From Microthyrium microscopicum (lineage: Eukaryota): 64,000 nucleotides of DNA. Both the position numbers and the translations under genes were made by a program. The DNA is taken from positions 248,001 through 312,000 of the forward strand of contig MU004239.1 of the NCBI GenBank assembly GCA_010405405.1. Reading direction: 5' to 3'. This document shows, piece by piece, positions 61,561 through 64,000 of the stretch (positions within the stretch are counted from its first letter, which is position 1; each line of letters starts with the position of its first letter). Under the pieces are notes generated by a model. That model saw nothing but the letters and a program-made list of their open reading frames with translations, did not search any database and was not told the DNA's origin.

Positions 61561-64000
61561 TCATGGGGAGCCTTCTTTTGATGTCTCGCCATCCTGCAGC
61601 TCGCTTACACTGCCCTTTGGTTGCCACCGGCGCTTCAAGAATCGCCTGAAGCTCGTCGATAGCCTGCGGTTTTTGCCGCTCTTATCTTTAGCCTCAGATT
61701 CATCTGCAGCCGCGCCACTCCGAAGCATGTGAACGCTTTTTGAAGCGCTACCGTTACTGATGTAGCGTACATCTGTTTCGCTCGCTGCAAAAGAACTGCT
61801 GGTGCCGTTGGGCAATGGAGTATCGTCAGTTGGCGATGGTTTCCTACGTGGATGATGCGCGGATACGGCGCGTTGACCAGGAGTAGAAGGAGAGGACTCG
61901 CGTGGTATTATTGGTGTGGAAGCGGCTTGTTTATGACCGATGCTACCATTGCCATTGCTGCTGGTGTTTCCGTTGCTGTCGCCAACGCCATTAAGTTGTG
62001 GAGCTCGACCGCGATCAAGTGTGGGAAGTGATTTTGAAAGTGGTTGGCTCATTAGCACCGGATCAACCCCAGGCTGCGTTGACAGAGGGAGAGCAGTAGT
62101 AGTTATCGAGGTTTGAGCGGCAGCCAGTTGGCCTTGCAGGATGCTAGGTTCAGAATTGCTCTTGTTCTCTTTGGTTGTCGATAAAGGAGATCCCATTAGG
62201 TCTTTATCCAGAGGAACCTTCCTGGTCGGGCTTACGTTATGTGAATCTTTTCGCCTTGCGCATTGGCAGTTCTTTGAGTCTGCGCATGTGCAAGGTTGCT
62301 GATCCGATATTTTCTTTTGCCAGGTGATTTTGTTCTTTTCCAATTCGTCCACACTAAAGTGCATGGGAGGTAGAACATCAGTTACGCTTTCGAATAAGGG
62401 ACGAGCAAATATATTCATAAAGCCCTGCTGGGACTCGCCAAGTTTGATCAAATCACCTACAACCGGTGGTCCACCAAACAGGCAAGTTGGTATTCCAAGC
62501 TCAGCCTCCATGGAGCCTTGGTTCGCAAACTCCTCGGTTAATATGTTAGCCCACTGGTGTGCGCAAGGGAAGACTCGAGCCTTGCTTGAATTAGTACATT
62601 TGTTATCATCAATTTGAGTTTGGAGACATACCACATTAGATATGTCTGCACACTTGATGAGCAGCCCACAAAGTAAATCGCGATACTCCTCCTTTTCCTT
62701 GGCATTCCATGTATCCAATAACATTGCGTCATGCACCAATTTTTCCTGGAGGTTGCCCAAGTCCGCCATGTACTTAAAATGGAGACCCATATCTGTAGCC
62801 AAGATATTGTTGATCATCAATCGGCGAAGTGTGGTATCTTTAAAAGCGGAAGGCCAATGGCGTCGTAAGATTTGCGAATATGCAGCGCAGTGAAAAGATT
62901 CCAAAACAGAACGATCGTTGTAGAGCTGAGCAAGGGGAGCATTGAGCGAAACTAAGAAAAGATTGTTGACACCCGGATGCCCGACATCGTGACCAATGGC
63001 AGAAACTAAAAGAGTGAGGGCATCGAAAGGTTGCAACAGCGAGGCGATAGGTGAGGTCTTGGTAGGAACTGTGGTATGTGCAAATTCTGGTAATACCTGA
63101 AGTTGCAAAAGAAAAAAGAAGCAAGCTTGCATGACATCGACAGCGTGTCGGAAGTTGTGGTAGTGGACGAATTCGTTATATGCGCCTTGACATGCCTCAA
63201 GAAAGGGAATGAGTTGAGCTAGAATAGATTAGTGCAAATGTACACGGCCAGCCATAGGTTGCACGTACATGTAGGTATCCTCCATTTCTCCAGCTCGGGC
63301 ATTGACAAAGTGTGCTCCATCATGATGAGAGATGCATAGAGCAATTCGTCGTCTACCAAACTATGGGCAGAAAAGGACCAAGAGCCAACGGCTTTAGCAA
63401 CAGTTTCTTTCTGCGCATCGCTGAGATCTATGGATGATATATCCCTAGTTCTTACATTAGCCTAAAAAGTGGGAGAAGGGTTATTGCCAGTTATTTCTTA
63501 CCCTTGCGGAATGATATCGGCATCTTTTTCTGGGCTACAAATGCCACTCATGAGCCCAGACACCATTGCTTCGCGCAAATAAGCATACGGCTTTTCGTCA
63601 TCAACTCCAACCCATGAAAGTTTGCGATTGCGTTTGGAGGCCAGAAAAGCATGGTCTGCCTTACTAACGTCTTTGTAGGTGCGATATGCGTGCACCGCTA
63701 GTCCATGCGCATTAGGTTTTGACAACGGGCTCACCAGAACATCAACTGCCCCAGCGTCAATGAACCGGGTAAGTCGTACACTATCAAGCATGACCTGCGA
63801 TCCATGAACGCTCGGTGATGGAACATTTGCGGGTGCCCAGTCGCGCTCAAAGCCACTAACTACAGCGATAGGTATGACCAGCTTGGAAAACTTCTTGAAC
63901 TGAATCTCGGAAGCGATATGTCCCAGAAGACGCAACCCGTAGATATCTGTTGGTTCGGCGGTCGAATCAACGGTCATTGTTCGTATTAAGCCACGAGAAA
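61561..64000 (-). CDS. PDE2: High-affinity cAMP phosphodiesterase (class I, Pde2/PdeH), 5'-partial; introns ~63446-63501, ~63218-63268, 62581-62631
   Basis: YHNFRHAVDV, AIGHDVGHPGVNN, YNDRSVLESFH, ILATDM, LIKCADISN; reading frame is open to the window edge. Confidence 0.93.

Noticed and set aside
1..64000. tRNA, rRNA or CRISPR arrays
   Set aside because: None recognised by eye; the sequence is eukaryotic. A tRNAscan-SE/Infernal run would be needed to exclude small RNAs.

Overview
Eukaryotic genomic DNA from a filamentous ascomycete (Pezizomycotina; short GT-AG introns with CTAAC/CTGAC branch sites, and a RIP-mutated transposon). The window holds about 24 protein-coding genes, mostly housekeeping: YIP1, cytochrome c heme lyase, TOF1/Timeless, 3-hydroxybutyryl-CoA dehydrogenase, a TPS3-type subunit, TRM140-type methyltransferase, an MFS permease, an M20 peptidase, a SAM+HMG protein, a YOR1-like ABC transporter, ornithine aminotransferase, a Zn2Cys6 factor, an FAD monooxygenase, TFIIIA and a partial PDE2. 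It also contains a complete 2.9-kb RIP-inactivated Mutator-like element with ~112-bp TIRs and a 9-bp TSD. The most notable observations are: (1) an in-frame SAICAR synthetase-GAR synthetase (ADE1/PurC + ADE5/PurD) fusion with no AIRS domain; (2) an accessory block at 12.7-17.5 kb of three nuclease-fold genes (one HNH-like, two tandem RNase H-like) with degenerate catalytic residues; (3) a CAX exchanger lacking both alpha-repeat glutamates; and (4) a TFIIIA-like protein with fewer fingers and an AT-hook. All calls come from motif recognition and manual splicing; no database searches were run.
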